DNA of 34,177 bases from Octopus bimaculoides (GCF_001194135.2 NC_068988.1:42104364-42138540); one strand, 5' to 3'. Positions 1 to 13,779 are shown, counted from the stretch's first letter. Numbers and translations are program-made. The notes: a model not told the origin generated them from the letters alone.

Positions 1-282
1 AAATATATATATATACATATATATATATATAATGTATAAATGTGCTCATATATACATATATTCACGCACACATATATTACTATCTTTCTGTCTACACACG
101 CACACACTCGCACACACTCGCACACACGCAAACACACACACACACAACCTCTTCAAGCTTGAGCAAACAAAAATAATATGAAAGACCTACTGGCAAACAC
201 AAAATATACATTCCCCTTCCTAACACTTCATACTCAGGCTACTAGCTAAGTCACTCCGTCACCCTCTTTCCTATATTCTTAG

Positions 283-318
283 ACATAGCAGAACATGGTA
301 ATAGCGAAAAGTCAACAG
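283..318 (+). other. Candidate 36-nt micro-exon (possibly the 5'-most exon of the same gene or of another gene)
   Basis: Pyrimidine tract ccctctttcctatattcttag| ends at 282; donor CAG|GTATGT at 318/319. ATG at 295 gives MVIAKSQQ, ending in phase 0, which is in frame with exon 13574 (KVMERF...). Such a frame match has a 1-in-3 chance. Confidence 0.2.
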
Positions 319-403
319 GTATGTTTATAAAAGAGATTAAGACAAGGCGAGATAATAGACACGGCTGGCGTCTGCTGTGGATCTAATATATGTCTGAGAG
401 AGG

Positions 404-438
<35 letters not shown>

Positions 439-1756
439 TCTGCGCGCGTGTGTATTCATGTGTTTGCGTGTGGGTGTAGACACGCACAGTTAGTTTACGT
501 GTATGTTGTGTATGTTTGTGTATATGAAAGCATATTTATACATCTTTATGTATACACATATGAATTTATACAATATACTCATAAATACACATACAATATG
601 CGTGTGTACATACACACATACACACACACATACTGACACCATATATATGCATGTATANNNNNNNNNNNNNNNNNNNNNNNNNNNNNNNNNNNNNNNNNNN
701 NNNNNNNNNNNNNNNNNNNNNNNNNNNNNNNNNNNNNNNNNNNNNNNNNNNNNNNNNNNNNNNNNNNNNNNNNNNNNNNNNNNNNNNNNNNNNNNNNNNN
801 NNNNNNNNNNNNNNNNNNNNNNNNNNNNNNNNNNNNNNNNNNNNNNNNNNNNNNNNNNNNNNNNNNNNNNNNNNNNNNNNNNNNNNNNNNNNNNNNNNNN
901 NNNNNNNNNNNNNNNNNNNNNNNNNNNNNNNNNNNNNNNNNNNNNNNNNNNNNNNNNNNNNNNNNNNNNNNNNNNNNNNNNNNNNNNNNNNNNNNNNNNN
1001 NNNNNNNNNNNNNNNNNNNNNNNNNNNNNNNNNNNNNNNNNNNNNNNNNNNNNNNNNNNNNNNNNNNNNNNNNNNNNNNNNNNNNNNNNNNNNNNNNNNN
1101 NNNNNNNNNNNNNNNNNNNNNNNNNNNNNNNNNNNNNNNNNNNNNNNNNNNNNNNNNNNNNNNNNNNNNNNNNNNNNNNNNNNNNNNNNNNNNNNNNNNN
1201 NNNNNNNNNNNNNNNNNNNNNNNNNNNNNNNNNNNNNNNNNNNNNNNNNNNNNNNNNNNNNNNNNNNNNNNNNNNNNNNNNNNNNNNNNNNNNNNNNNNN
1301 NNNNNNNNNNNNNNNNNNNNNNNNNNNNNNNNNNNNNNNNNNNNNNNNNNNNNNNNNNNNNNNNNNNNNNNNNNNAGAAAAGGGAAAAAAATATAGAACA
1401 AAACCATGGTAAATTAATCAAATTCTACCACCTCCTAGATTTCGATTATCTCCCCTATACCGGAAGAAATCCCTAATTACCTCCCCCTATCTAGAACTCT
1501 TCTTTTCAGACTGGAGCGAACACGTTACAATGAAGTAGAGAAATTTGAAAAGAAAACACGAAACCGGTTATTTCTCAAAATACAATGTTTATATACCAAA
1601 AAGATTTTATAACATTTTTCTGACATAATTTAAATATATACTTTAACCATGTAACACAAGCCTTCTGTAGTTTTTTCACTCTTATTATCTTTTATATCTA
1701 TATATATAATACAAAGAAGGAAAGGAAAAGGTCAATAAATACTTGCCATTACATTT

Positions 1757-2837
1757 TTAATCAACCAAATATGAACCATTTTGTTTCCACAATGCGTCTC
1801 TATCTTTCCTTTAACTTGAAAATAACCTCTTCCCAGATTTGAGGTGGTTTCATGGCAAAGAATTCATCAAGGTATCTTTTTACGTCATCCAAGGAATTGA
1901 AATTTTTACCATTAAGACTATTCTGCAGAGACTTGAATAAGTGGAAATCCGAAGGAGCAATATCTGATGAATATAGAGAGTGAGGTAACACATCCTAGCC
2001 GAGCTGCAGCAATTTTTGTCTGGTTCCAAAAGAAATGTGCGGTCTTGCATTATCATGTTGGAAAACAACACCCTTCCTGTTGGCCAATTCTGGACGTTTC
2101 TCTTGAATTGCTGCTTTTAACTCGTCCAGTTGTGTGCAGTATTTCTCAGAATTAATTGTCTGGTTACTTGGGAGAAGCTCATAGTACAGAATTCCATTCC
2201 AATCCCACCAGACACAAAGCAAGACTTTTTTTAGGGTGAAGACCCGCTTCTGGGGTGTCTAAGGGTGGCTCATGTCGCTTACTCCAGGATCACTTCCTCT
2301 TAACATTTCGGTAGATAATCCATTTCTCATCACCTGTCACAATTTGCTTTAAAGAAGGCGCGTTTTCATTCCGTTTATAAAACGAATCACACATGGAAAT
2401 GCGATCCAAAAGGTTCTTCTCACTCAACTCATGTGCTACCCAAACATTGTAGCGATTTGTGTACCCAAGCTTTACCAGGTGGTCATGAACGACCGATTTT
2501 GAAAGGTTGAGGCTTTCTGCCAATTCTCAGGTTGTGCAATGTAGGTTATTCTCAATCAATGACTTGATTTGGTCATCATCTGTAGTGGATGGTCTGCCTG
2601 ATCGCTCTTTATCAATAAGGCTACAATCTCCAGCTCGGAACTTTGCGAACCACTTCCGTACAGTTCTTTCGGATAAAGAAACATCACCGTAAACTGCACA
2701 TATTTCTTTGGTTGCTTGTGAGGCATTTTTCCCTTTACGGAAAAAGAAAAGCATCAAGTGCCGAAAATGAACTTTCTTATCTTCCATTTTAAAGGGTTAC
2801 AGAATTAACGCAGGTTTTAGGAACATAAACCTTCTTC
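1757..2837 (-). mobile_element. Mariner (Tc1/mariner, D,D34D-type) transposon remnant with frameshifted transposase; 5' end lost in the gap
   Basis: Consecutive broken ORFs 2527-2787 (HTH: SLSERTVRKWFAKFRAGD...RSGRP), 2290-2523 (IVTGDEKWIIY), 1995-2222 (MLCVWWDWNG, FQHDNARPH) and 1800-1991 (YSSDIAPSDFHLFKSLQN). Confidence 0.95.
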
Positions 2838-3608
2838 NNNNNNNNNNNNNNNNNNNNNNNNNNNNNNNNNNNNNNNNNNNNNNNNNNNNNNNNNNNNNNN
2901 NNNNNNNNNNNNNNNNNNNNNNNNNNNNNNNNNNNNNNNNNNNNNNNNNNNNNNNNNNNNNNNNNNNNNNNNNNNNNNNNNNNNNNNNNNNNNNNNNNNN
3001 NNNNNNNNNNNNNNNNNNNNNNNNNNNNNNNNNNNNNNNNNNNNNNNNNNNNNNNNNNNNNNNNNNNNNNNNNNNNNNNNNNNNNNNNNNNNNNNNNNNN
3101 NNNNNNNNNNNNNNNNNNNNNNNNNNNNNNNNNNNNNNNNNNNNNNNNNNNNNNNNNNNNNNNNNNNNNNNNNNNNNNNNNNNNNNNNNNNNNNNNNNNN
3201 NNNNNNNNNNNNNNNNNNNNNNNNNNNNNNNNNNNNNNNNNNNNNNNNNNNNNNNNNNNNNNNNNNNNNNNNNNNNNNNNNNNNNNNNNNNNNNNNNNNN
3301 NNNNNNNNNNNNNNNNNNNNNNNNNNNNNNNNNNNNNNNNNNNNNNNNNNNNNNNNNNNNNNNNNNNNNNNNNNNNNNNNNNNNNNNNNNNNNNNNNNNN
3401 NNNNNNNNNNNNNNNNNNNNNNNNNNNNNNNNNNNNNNNNNNNNNNNNNNNNNNNNNNNNNNNNNNNNNNNNNNNNNNNNNNNNNNNNNNNNNNNNNNNN
3501 NNNNNNNNNNNNNNNNNNNNNNNNNNNNNNNNNNNNNNNNNNNNNNNNNNNNNNNNNNNNNNNNNNNNNNNNNNNNNNNNNNNNNNNNNNNNNNNNNNNN
3601 NNNNNNNN

Positions 3609-4458
3609 AAATTCTCGTCAAATGACACGGGAACTGGCAGAGAAAATGGAATGCTCCCACACTGCTATAGATAAGCATCTTCACTCGATGGGAAAGGTTC
3701 AGAAGTATGGAGCATGGGTTCCGCATGCTTTAAGTGACAACAACAAAAATCAACGAGCCATAATCTCCGCTGGTTTGTTTGCTCGTCACCGCTCAACTCA
3801 AGGACACAAGCAACGATTTCTTTACTGAATCGTTACTGGTGACGAAAGTGGTGTCTGCACATCAATATGAAGCAGCGTAAGGAATGGCTTAGCCCCGGTA
3901 AACTACTGCGCTCGAAACAAGATCTTCATCCGCGTAAAACGATGTTGTGCGTACGGTGGGACTGGGAAGGGTTTATCCATTACGAAGTGTTTGAGCAGAA
4001 CCAAACGGTCAACGCGGAACTCTATGTTCAACAGATGGAACGAATCAACACGGCTATTCAAGAGAAAAGACTTAATCGGCAGCATGGAGTTCTGCTGCAC
4101 GACAATGCCCGCCCTCATATCGCCAATATGACCAAGGAAGTCATTCAAACGCATGACTGGGAAGTGCTGCCACACCCACCGTACTCTCCTGATTTGGCAC
4201 CAACGGATTTCCACCTCTTTCGATCTCTTTCAAACGCTATGCGCGGAGTTTCGTTCAATTCTGATTCAGAATTGAGAGCTTGGTTGGATTTTTCGAGTTG
4301 AAATCGGGTGAGGTATTGAAAATCTTGTTGAACGTTGAGAAGAAGTTGTAAACAACAAGGGTGATTACATTATTGATTAATTAGTCATTATTTTTTATTA
4401 AACCTTTAAAAAAATTTAAATTTAAAAAAACGGTGGGAACTTAGTTGCCAACCCTATA
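3609..4458 (+). mobile_element. Second, distinct mariner remnant with intact 3' terminal inverted repeat
   Basis: Fragments WVPHALSDNNK, IVTGDES, MLCVRWDWEG, LLHDNARPH and HPPYSPDLAPTDFHLFRSL. Mariner-type terminus ACGGTGGGAACTTAGTTGCCAACCCTATA at 4430-4458 runs into (TA)n. The 5' part is in the gap 2838-3608. Confidence 0.95.
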
Positions 4459-5157
4459 TATATATATATATATATATATGAACGGGGAATCTTAGAGGCA
4501 AATTGCCTATAAAAAGTCGCGTGTAGATATTGAATTAAAAACTCTTAGAACAAATATATATCGTTTTTACTCTTCTATTTGTGAATGATATTCTTTGTCC
4601 AAGCGACTCGTTATGTTCTTGAGTACTGAGCCCATCCTGAATGTTTTGCTGGATCAAGGTTAGAAAGGCCTCGATTGTTTCTATACCTGCTCTCGCTTAC
4701 ATATGAATCAGACACTGAAACGCGGCTAGGCTCGACCGAATCAATTCTTTCTTCTCAAATTCTCTTACGTATGTTTGCGGTCTTATTTCGTCGCACCGTA
4801 AGATACAAATGATATTTTGTCAAACGGTCACAACAAACACAACCACATACGCACATACACACATGCCTACCTATATGCATGCATACATAGATACATGCAT
4901 ACAAACTGACATACATACATACACACATACAACTCACTGCTGAGCAATTTCTTTCAAGCACTTTCACTCAGAAAGCATTGTTTGGCTCAAACCTGCAGTG
5001 ATGTCACATGCACAATATGCCACGCAGTTGGACTGATCCATGAACTGCATGATTGGGAGCCAAACTTCGTAACAACGCAGTCATACTTTCAACTATATGT
5101 ATTTGTGCGTATTTGTGTGTATGTGAGTGTGTATGTGCAAGCACATGTTCACGGACA

Positions 5158-5232
<75 letters not shown>

Positions 5233-5239
5233 GAATTGG

Positions 5240-6612
5240 TGAATGTCTTCCAGGTATGTAGGTCAATGAAGCAGCGAAGGGGAATTTCCTGGAGCTAGTC
5301 TTGAAAACAGAATTTGGAGACTCTGCGTGGTCTGGGGCCTGAGGCCAGGTCAGCAAAGAGGAGGGACGCGTTTAAGGCATATTTATGCTGGGTATCGACC
5401 AGCGAAGGTGGTGTCGTGCTATGGTAGCTTAAAATTTGGGCAGTTTGGTCTGGAGCAAAATCTTTTCATATTATAATTCTCCCATCGAATCCTCATAACT
5501 GCGCGAAGTTTGTGCTGTTGGAAACGTTCGATTTTCTTTAAGTCTCGTCGGTACACTACGTCTCACTGTAGAGGAGTGTGGAAAGGACGACGACTCAGAA
5601 TACCCTGATTTTCGTTTAGATGGTGAGATCGCGATTTAAGAAGATTTGTTTTGAGTCTTCCAAAACCAGTACGAACTGCGCTGATCTTAATTTCGATGTC
5701 TTTCTAAATAGAGCAATCCCTGAATATGTAGCTTCCGAGGTATGGGGAAACCTCCACTGTTTCCCGGACAGTACCACGTGGCCTTATGTCACTGGTGTCA
5801 GGAGGAGATTGGCCGGGGACTCCCTGTGCAAGGATCTTTGTCTTCATTACATTTGGGATCAGACCAAAGCATGTATGCAAATTTTCGAAGAGGTTCATAA
5901 CCTCCTGAAGACCGGAAACCGAGTTCGCGGGGGTGGCATTGTCATTAGCGTACTTAGGCTCAGGCACTTTGGCCAAGATGGTAAGTCAATGGACTCTGTA
6001 ACGAACGGTGTCGCCTATCCATTCTGTAACTGATGTCTATATCAGGAGCCAGATCAGATAGAGGGAAAATAGAGGGGAAGCGAGGATGCATCCTTGTTTC
6101 AGGCCAGACTTAATTGGGAAGGAACTCGACAACCCGGCCAGACATCCGTCGTGTAGAGCTTGTATGATGTTCCAAAAGCGATCGGGACAACCAAAACGCT
6201 TCAGGGCGGCCCGCATTACAGCTCTCGTACGCTATCGAAAGCTTTCTTTAAATCCCAGAATACAAAAAGTAATTTCTTTTTCTGCTCTCAGGCCTTTTCT
6301 TGGAGAAGGTAGACGCAAAAGACCATATGGATGGTACCATGGGTGGGACGGAAACCGCACTGCAACTCTGAGAGAACTTCTCAACGACGACCACTAATCT
6401 ATTTAGCGAGATCTCGGCGAAGATCTTCCCGGAGATACAAGGAAGGAAGTTACCGTGATAGTTTCCACCAAGTGCCCTGTCTCCCCTCTTGAAGACTAAT
6501 GATGGCTGCGTCTTCAAGGTCCACAAGAATAGCTTTTGCCTCCCATAGACGTTGGATAAACATATACAGCCTGGTCTTCCCAGTTTGACCACCGTGAGAG
6601 AGGAGCTCCGGA
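5240..6612 (-). mobile_element. RTE-clade LINE reverse transcriptase remnant (degenerate)
   Basis: Minus-strand fragments PELLSHGG..TRLYMFIQRLWE, FKRGDR..GNYHG..ISGKIFAEISLNRL, YANDNA (YADD motif) ..GLIPNVMKTKIL, PYLGSYI, and downstream LLFADLASG-like C-terminal residues, in the order expected for RTE ORF2. Confidence 0.88.
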
Positions 6613-7802
6613 GATATGGTATGTCTGTATGTATTTATATGTGTAATTTTGCATTGATATGTATTTATGTGTGAGTAATCTCCTATATACGCATATATGT
6701 TTGTGTGCATGTATAAACATATATATAAATAGGTATGTCGATGAATGGATGTACATATATGTGTGTGTACGTGTGTGCGCGTGTGTATGTGTGTGTGTGT
6801 GTGTTTGTATACATACATAAGGGGAGAAAAGTGGTTATGTGTGTCTGTGTGCTTTTGGTGTGGCAATATGTAGTACGTATATGTGTTTAAGCTATGTTTG
6901 TGTATTACACATAGCACAAACAGCTTTCATTCAGTCTATATTTTATGTCAACAGTTACTGTTTTAAAGAAATCTAAAACAAACACTGAATGGGTGAAACG
7001 TGACATTTCTCTAGCTGTTGATTATCTCTGATAATCTAATAGGATCAAACAAGAATGTCTCGATAACGCAGACTTGCCCATCCAATCCCCCATACTGTGC
7101 ATTGTTTTTCTCTTCTTTTGTCTGTCAATATTTTTGTGTTTCTTTCTCTTTGACTCCCCCCTCTCTCTCTCTCTCTCTCTCTTCTACCTCTAGGTTTCAC
7201 TGCACACACACACATACACATATATATATATATGTGTGTATACACACACATTTATATATGCATATATGTGTGTGCATGTATGTATATGTTTGTATGTGTA
7301 TGCATGAATGTATCTTTCACTATTTATGTATATTTATGTGTGTGTGCATGTAATTCTGTACTTATGAATGTATGTATGAGCTTCTGTATGTACATGTGTG
7401 AGCGTGTGTGTGTGTGCGCGCGCGTATGTGTGTATAGTGGGATTGATGTAGTTATATATTTGCAGGTTACTTCTCTTATAGAATGAGACCATTTTTTGCT
7501 CAACTTATAGTAAAATTTGGAAAGGAAACAAATGCAACTTTAATCTATTTTACTTACATTTAATTTAATTTAACCTGCCTACGTACGTTTCAATGTTTTA
7601 TCTTCATCAGTATAGATCTAAGTTTTAGAGGTAAATTTGCAGAGGAATTATTGCATTATACTCACACACATACATACATATATACATACATACGTACGTA
7701 CGTACATATATACGTACACACACATACATACATGCATACATACAAATATACATGAGATACATGCATATATGCAAGCTCAAACTTACACACATAATCACAT
7801 AC

Positions 7803-7916
<114 letters not shown>

Positions 7917-8249
7917 AAATATGTATGTATATACAGAAATTGTGTTTAGTTCAAAAATGCCATTTATAGAAGAGTGCATAGAGTGCAAAAGTGGGTACGA
8001 TTTGCAAAGAATATTATAACATATTTTGTTTTTATTCCTCGTTGCTCAGTGCAGAGATGGGTGGAGCAATAAGTTATGATATTAGATTCCTAGGTTCTCG
8101 TCCGCCTTTTTTTTTTATTGGTAGAGAGAGCTGATTTTAGTGAACAATAACATTGCTGTAGGTGGTTTTCTTCCAGTTCTTGGAAGTGGTAATCCACTTG
8201 GAAAAAGATCCAATGATGCTCGTCAGACATTCGGTGCTATTACCATGCA

Positions 8250-8620
8250 AAATTACTATAAACTTAACACCAATTTCAAAAAGATGACCTACTATAGAAA
8301 CATGTTGCTTTTCTACAAATCAGTTTACCTTTGGCAGGACAGGCAATAGACTAAAATTGTTCACTCATATTAATGACAGATGCAGCGAGTGACGGTATCA
8401 TGTCATTAATAACGTTTAGTTGTAAAGTGTGTTGAATGATAATGGCTACCCAACAAATTTTACCAGCTACGAGCTGAGTCACAAACCCGAAGAACAGAAC
8501 AACTCTTCCAACACCTGTTTTCTTGGTTTGCTTCGCTTCATGGAGAGGAGCTAAATATACAGCTAGCTCATGAAGCAGCACGCTTACAAAATTACACATG
8601 GACCAGACGTTAGATTAACC
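8250..8620 (+). mobile_element. Highly decayed Penelope-like element (PLE) RT C-terminal/thumb remnant
   Basis: One frame reads THINDRCSE*RYHVINNV*L*SVLNDNGYPTNF, matching the PLE pattern HRAxxICS...ILxxNGYPxxFI in motif order and spacing. It is preceded by a YYRN..LWQD-like segment. Several stops; weak match. Confidence 0.45.
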
Positions 8621-8719
8621 AATTCTCCTCTATTTTTCTCTTTGGTCTTATCGTCTGTATGTATATTTATCAATCTAAGTACCTACCTACTTATCTATCT
8701 ATCTACATATATACATATA

Positions 8720-8761
<42 letters not shown>

Positions 8762-9084
8762 CATATTACATATATATTATATATTATATATGTATATGAT
8801 TGCATATATGTGCATGAGTGAGCGTGTGTGCACGCGCGCATGTATGTATGCATGTATGTGTCTATGTACGTTCAGAGTGTTCGAGCTAAATTTGATAGTT
8901 TGAATAGAAGGAAAAGAAAATACAATATCCCATCCAAAAATAATAGTATCGTTAAAAAATCAAAAAGTATCAACTAGATTATGACTAGGAGATAAAAGTA
9001 TACTCAGAGTAGCTGCCCTCAGCTTCCACCACAGCCTTTCGGCGGCTCCGGTATTTTGCGATCGCGTCCTCACTGCTGATTTTA

Positions 9085-9497
9085 AACGTAAAAACTGTTA
9101 AACAAGGCCCGAAATTTTGAGGAAGGGGCCAGTCGATTAAACCGACCCCAGTACGCAACTGGTACATAATTTATCCACCTCGAAAGGTAAAGTCGACCTC
9201 GGCGGAATTTGAACTCAGAAAAACGAAATACCGCCAAGAGTTTCGCCCGGCGTGCTAACGTTTCTTATTTCTTTATTGCCCACAAGGGGCTAAACATAGA
9301 GAGGACAAACAAGGACAGACAAAGGGATATTAAGTCGATTACAAGGACCCAATGCGTAGCTGATACTTAATTTATCGACCCCGAAAGGATGAAAGGCAGA
9401 GTCGACCTCGGCGGAATTTGAACTCAGAACGTAGCGATGGGCGGAATACCGCTAAGCATTTCGCCCGGCGTGCTAACGTTTCTGCCAACTCGCTCCC
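9085..9497 (-). mobile_element. Two adjacent copies of a tRNA-derived SINE (family A)
   Basis: The minus strand carries an A-box-like TGGCAGAAACGTTAG and a B-box-like GAGTTCAAATTCC, followed by GCCGAGGTCGAC...CCTTTC...GGTCGAT. One copy is 9265-9497; the other, 9085-9264, lacks the extreme head. Confidence 0.85.
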
Positions 9498-9873
9498 TTA
9501 AAAATTGTATTAAGTAATACACATTAATGGATTGTGCTTAAATTTTATAAATCCTTTTTTATAAATATAAATCATGCATATTTTTTCTGGTAAACTGAAT
9601 ATTTGCAGATTTGCTTAAAGAATATGCCAGAGATCAAAGTCATTAATTTTACAGATTTACAGTTAAAATTATCATCNNNNNNNNNNNNNNNNNNNNNNNN
9701 NNNNNNNNNNNNNNNNNNNNNNNNNNNNNNNNNNNNNNNNNNNNNNNNNNNNNNNNNNNNNNNNNNNNNNNNNNNNNNNNNNNNNNNNNNNNNNNNNNNN
9801 NNNNNNNNNNNNNNNNNNNNNNNNNNNNNNNNNNNNNNNNNNNNNNNNNNNNNNNNNNNNNNNNNNNNNNNNN

Positions 9874-9923
<50 letters not shown>

Positions 9924-10249
9924 CGTGTGTGTGCGTGCATGCGTGCGTTTACATATTTAATCATTCATAAACTCATGGTAACACGAAATATTTGTGAGGC
10001 ACAGTATGTGTGATGTAAAAACAATCTGTACCTGCAAAGATGTCCAGACTGAATAGATATAATTTTAACGTTAAACTGTATTGTTATATTACATGCATAA
10101 ATGGATTGAGCGAGTATAATCAATGACGACCCAAATAGTGCAGGACTTGTAGACAAAAGCAAATGGAAATGTTTTCATAAATGAAATAATGCAATAAAAA
10201 TAAACAGGAACAAATACGCAAGCTTTTCATCACTTAATGAATATATTTC

Positions 10250-10850
10250 GATTAATTCATAACTTTCTGTTTTCTAGCCTTCAAAGCTACGGACTTGTAA
10301 ATCACCTCATCGAAATCAATAGCTTCCACTAACTCTCTTTTAATTGATAATATCGCAATGCTGGAAAGTGTTGATTGTCCCATGGTAGATCGCAAATAGG
10401 TCTTTGTAAGTTTCAGCTTTGAAAAGCTCCTTTCACATGAAGCTAACAGATGCACAGATAGAAATAATTTTAGGCTTAGTGAAAGAGCTGGAAGAGCTTT
10501 TATGAAGTCCTATTCAGCCATGAATGCGAAATTGCTTAATGTTACTTAATATTTGGCCTCTCCCAGATCAGTCTCTACTACTTTCAAGTGCCTTCTCAGC
10601 CTTAGTGTCGCTAATAAAATTATCGCTCATAGATAGCTTATCATAGAAAGTGGTGAATTTTGGAAAGAGCACTTTTAAATATTCTTCAGTTTCGGACATG
10701 AATGCGACTCTTTGAGTAAACTCAAACATGATTGTTGCTTCCTTGATGGCATAGCTTGACACAACTCACTTAGATAATTGCATACGGTTGACAACCAAAA
10801 TAATAACTGAAGCAGACTCGTATTAATAAGTAATTAGTCTTGCTATCAAA
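10250..10850 (-). mobile_element. hAT-superfamily transposase C-terminal remnant
   Basis: ORF 10252-10455, ASCERSFSKLKLTKTYLRSTMGQSTLSSIAILSIKRELVEAIDFDEVI...KARK, is the hAT C-terminal dimerisation domain pattern. ORF 10568-10762 lies upstream on the same strand. Confidence 0.88.
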
Positions 10851-12004
10851 TTAGGCATGTATTTGTACACAGTCTGTCAATCTTCTACCTCTATGCTAAA
10901 GAGTTATATCAACGCACAGGCTTGTTTATATTGCAATGAGTAGTTTTCCGTTACGCTCTATAACTTGGGATATAAAAGAATAAGAGGTTCCTGATGATGA
11001 TTTAGTACCAGCAAAAGTAACTGGTTCGCTCCAAATCTTGACCTGTCAAAAATGTTCTCATGGAGCCTAATTTTACAGCGAGACTAAATGCATTCTGTTA
11101 CGACTACATATATTTAAGTTTCCATATACCTTACTTGTTTGCTAATATACCAGCTAAATAACTGAATCACATCAATTCAAATTATCATAAGCATTCTAAC
11201 CGTGAATATCCAGGGTTTTTTTCCTTTCTGGTGGGAACCCTGGAAAATATTATCCATCATGTCATTTCTATGATAGTAAGATGTAATTTGAGAGATATTT
11301 GGCTATTATTTTTAGCAAAAAAAAAAGACCACGTATAGGTTCCACCGATGGCTCGATGACTCGTGGAATATTGGTAATCTAGTAATTAATGATTTGTGGA
11401 TTGATTGACTAGCATATTGAATACTATAACGGACTGACTTCATTTATCCTCAATCCACCTTTTGTGGTATTGGGGCAGCAATCTCCAATGCATTATTTGA
11501 TGTCCTGACCCTTTCGGCCTTTGATAACCCGCATGTGTATTGAATTACAGCTATGGCGACAGAAGATTAACAAAAGGTTATTTATTTTAGACGACGTAAA
11601 GTGGGCATGAAAAAGAAACGGAAGCTGCTACCCTTCCTTCACCTTATCATTTGTGTTAATGGGCGCCATATTTACCGTATTACTGAGAGAAGGGCAAGTA
11701 TTGCTTTTATTTAATCAAGTGGTCACGTGATCCATCTATACAGTTGACATATCATTATATCTTCATCGTCATCATAGCCATCATTATCACTGTCATCATC
11801 GTCATCATCGTCATCATCGTCCTCCTTATTAGATGAGATATAAAGCTAATATACTCGTGTCTCTGGACATCACTCATGCTTCTACTTTTATACTACCACC
11901 TCCTCTATCTCTATCACTACCTCTATTTCTCTTCCCACCTCCGAAAGGTATCTCTGTTCCTACACATCCAACTGCTCTCACTCTCTCATTCTCTCTTTAC
12001 ATGT

Positions 12005-12047
12005 TTCTCTTTCTCTCTCACACATTTTCTCTCTCTCTCTCCCTCTC

Positions 12048-12134
<87 letters not shown>

Positions 12135-12290
12135 ATCTATCTAATTATCTATCCCTTTATCTGTCTATTTATCTGCTTATTTATCTATCTTATTTGCTAT
12201 CTCTCTCTGTTTCTCATTCTCTATCTCTCTCTCTCTCTCTATCTATCTCTCTCTCTCTATCTATCTATCTCTCTCTCTTTCTCTCTTGTT
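12005..12290 (+). repeat. (TC)n/(TCTA)n microsatellite complex
   Basis: Directly visible; source of the SLSLSL ORFs. Other large (CA)n/(TG)n/(TA)n/(GATA)n tracts lie at about 5160-5230, 7808-7914, 20495-21300, 21480-21765, 25507-25621, 28040-28121 and 29650-29830. Confidence 0.98.
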
Positions 12291-13573
12291 TCTCAATGTG
12301 TTTTGTACATGTGTCCACACATACACACGCAAAGGCACACGTATATATATATATATATATATGNNNNNNNNNNNNNNNNNNNNNNNNNNNNNNNNNNNNN
12401 NNNNNNNNNNNNNNNNNNNNNNNNNNNNNNNNNNNNNNNNNNNNNNNNNNNNNNNNNNNNNNNNNNNNNNNNNNNNNNNNNNNNNNNNNNNNNNNNNNNN
12501 NNNNNNNNNNNNNNNNNNNNNNNNNNNNNNNNNNNNNNNNNNNNNNNNNNNNNNNNNNNNNNNNNNNNNNNNNNNNNNNNNNNNNNNNNNNNNNNNNNNN
12601 NNNNNNNNNNNNNNNNNNNNNNNNNNNNNNNNNNNNNNNNNNNNNNNNNNNNNNNNNNNNNNNNNNNNNNNNNNNNNNNNNNNNNNNNNNNNNNNNNNNN
12701 NNNNNNNNNNNNNNNNNNNNNNNNNNNNNNNNNNNNNNNNNNNNNNNNNNNNNNNNNNNNNNNNNNNNNNNNNNNNNNNNNNNNNNNNNNNNNNNNNNNN
12801 NNNNNNNNNNNNNNNNNNNNNNNNNNNNNNNNNNNNNNNNNNNNNNNNNNNNNNNNNNNNNNNNNNNNNNNNNNNNNNNNNNNNNNNNNNNNNNNNNNNN
12901 NNNNNNNNNNNNNNNNNNNNNNNNNNNNNNNNNNNNNNNNNNNNNNNNNNNNNNNNNNNNNNNNNNNNNNNNNNNNNNNNNNNNNNNTATATATATATAT
13001 ATCAGGGGATTTTAACCGACAGAGCCACCAGTCATTTTAATCTGTAATGTTAAATAGCCAATACACTTCTGATGCTCATTCATAATTCTCAGACTATCAC
13101 CACTAGATTCTCTTGAATACTAGTCTAGGGTTTCATAGACTAGGGTTTCACAGTGTTCATCACATCCCTATAATTAATCTATTATCCCAATAAGTAATCT
13201 ATTCCACTGCGTATACATTAACAATCTTCTATAACTGGCACAATTCTCTTAGTTCTTCGTAATTTTCAGGTTAGTACTAGTTATCACATAATTCTCACCC
13301 GGCCACAATTTCTCTTAGTCAAATCTATAGCATAACAGAGCAAGCATATAGTTTTCAAATGTGTCCATAATTTTCACGCCGCTGTATATTTCTTGAACTT
13401 TAGGCTATAACATAATACAAATAACATATAAATCTTGTTTTTTTCTCCAAATTACCGGATTAATTCGTGTCAACAATGTTGACATGAAGTATAATCTTTA
13501 ACTTCATAAATAGTCTATATATATATATACTTTTTTTTTATGTCTATGGAAGACAATTGCAGTAATTTTACAG

Positions 13574-13602
13574 AAAGTAATGGAAAGGTTTACGATGTAC
13601 AG
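13574..13602 (+). CDS. Candidate upstream exon of the EGF-CFC-like gene (ATG at 13580)
   Basis: Acceptor ttttacag| at 13573 and strong donor CAG|GTAAGA at 13602/13603. ATG GAA AGG TTT ACG ATG TAC AG ends in phase 2, matching the phase-2 start of exon 25912, giving MERFTMYR-YMLFVWTLLFGKSIIVANG. The linkage across 12 kb is inferred from phase alone. Confidence 0.35.
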
Positions 13603-13779
13603 GTAAGAATATTTCCTCTATTACAAACATATTCTTTTACATTTTACTTTGCTATCTATTGACGCCTCTCGATTGTTTACATTCTAGCAAAAAAANNNNN
13701 NNNNNCGGTGGAGGGACAAACACAACCCCATACATACATATACATACATACGCATATATAGATATAAATATGTATCTTT

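Noticed and set aside
490-1421. Long ORFs crossing N-runs (also 2789-3726, 11876-13047, 16656-17647, 24871-25876, 26086-27075, 29600-30769)
   Set aside because: They stay open only because N codons cannot be stops; their flanks are microsatellite translations.
7936-8019. EIVFSSKMPFIEECIECKSG as a possible CFC-domain exon
   Set aside because: Only CxxCK matches; the preceding Trp and following Cys residues are absent, the donor is weak, and it lies upstream of the EGF exon.
11591-11715. Possible exon RRKVGMKKKRKLLPFLHLIICVNG after tttattttag
   Set aside because: No canonical GT donor before the stop and no recognisable homology.
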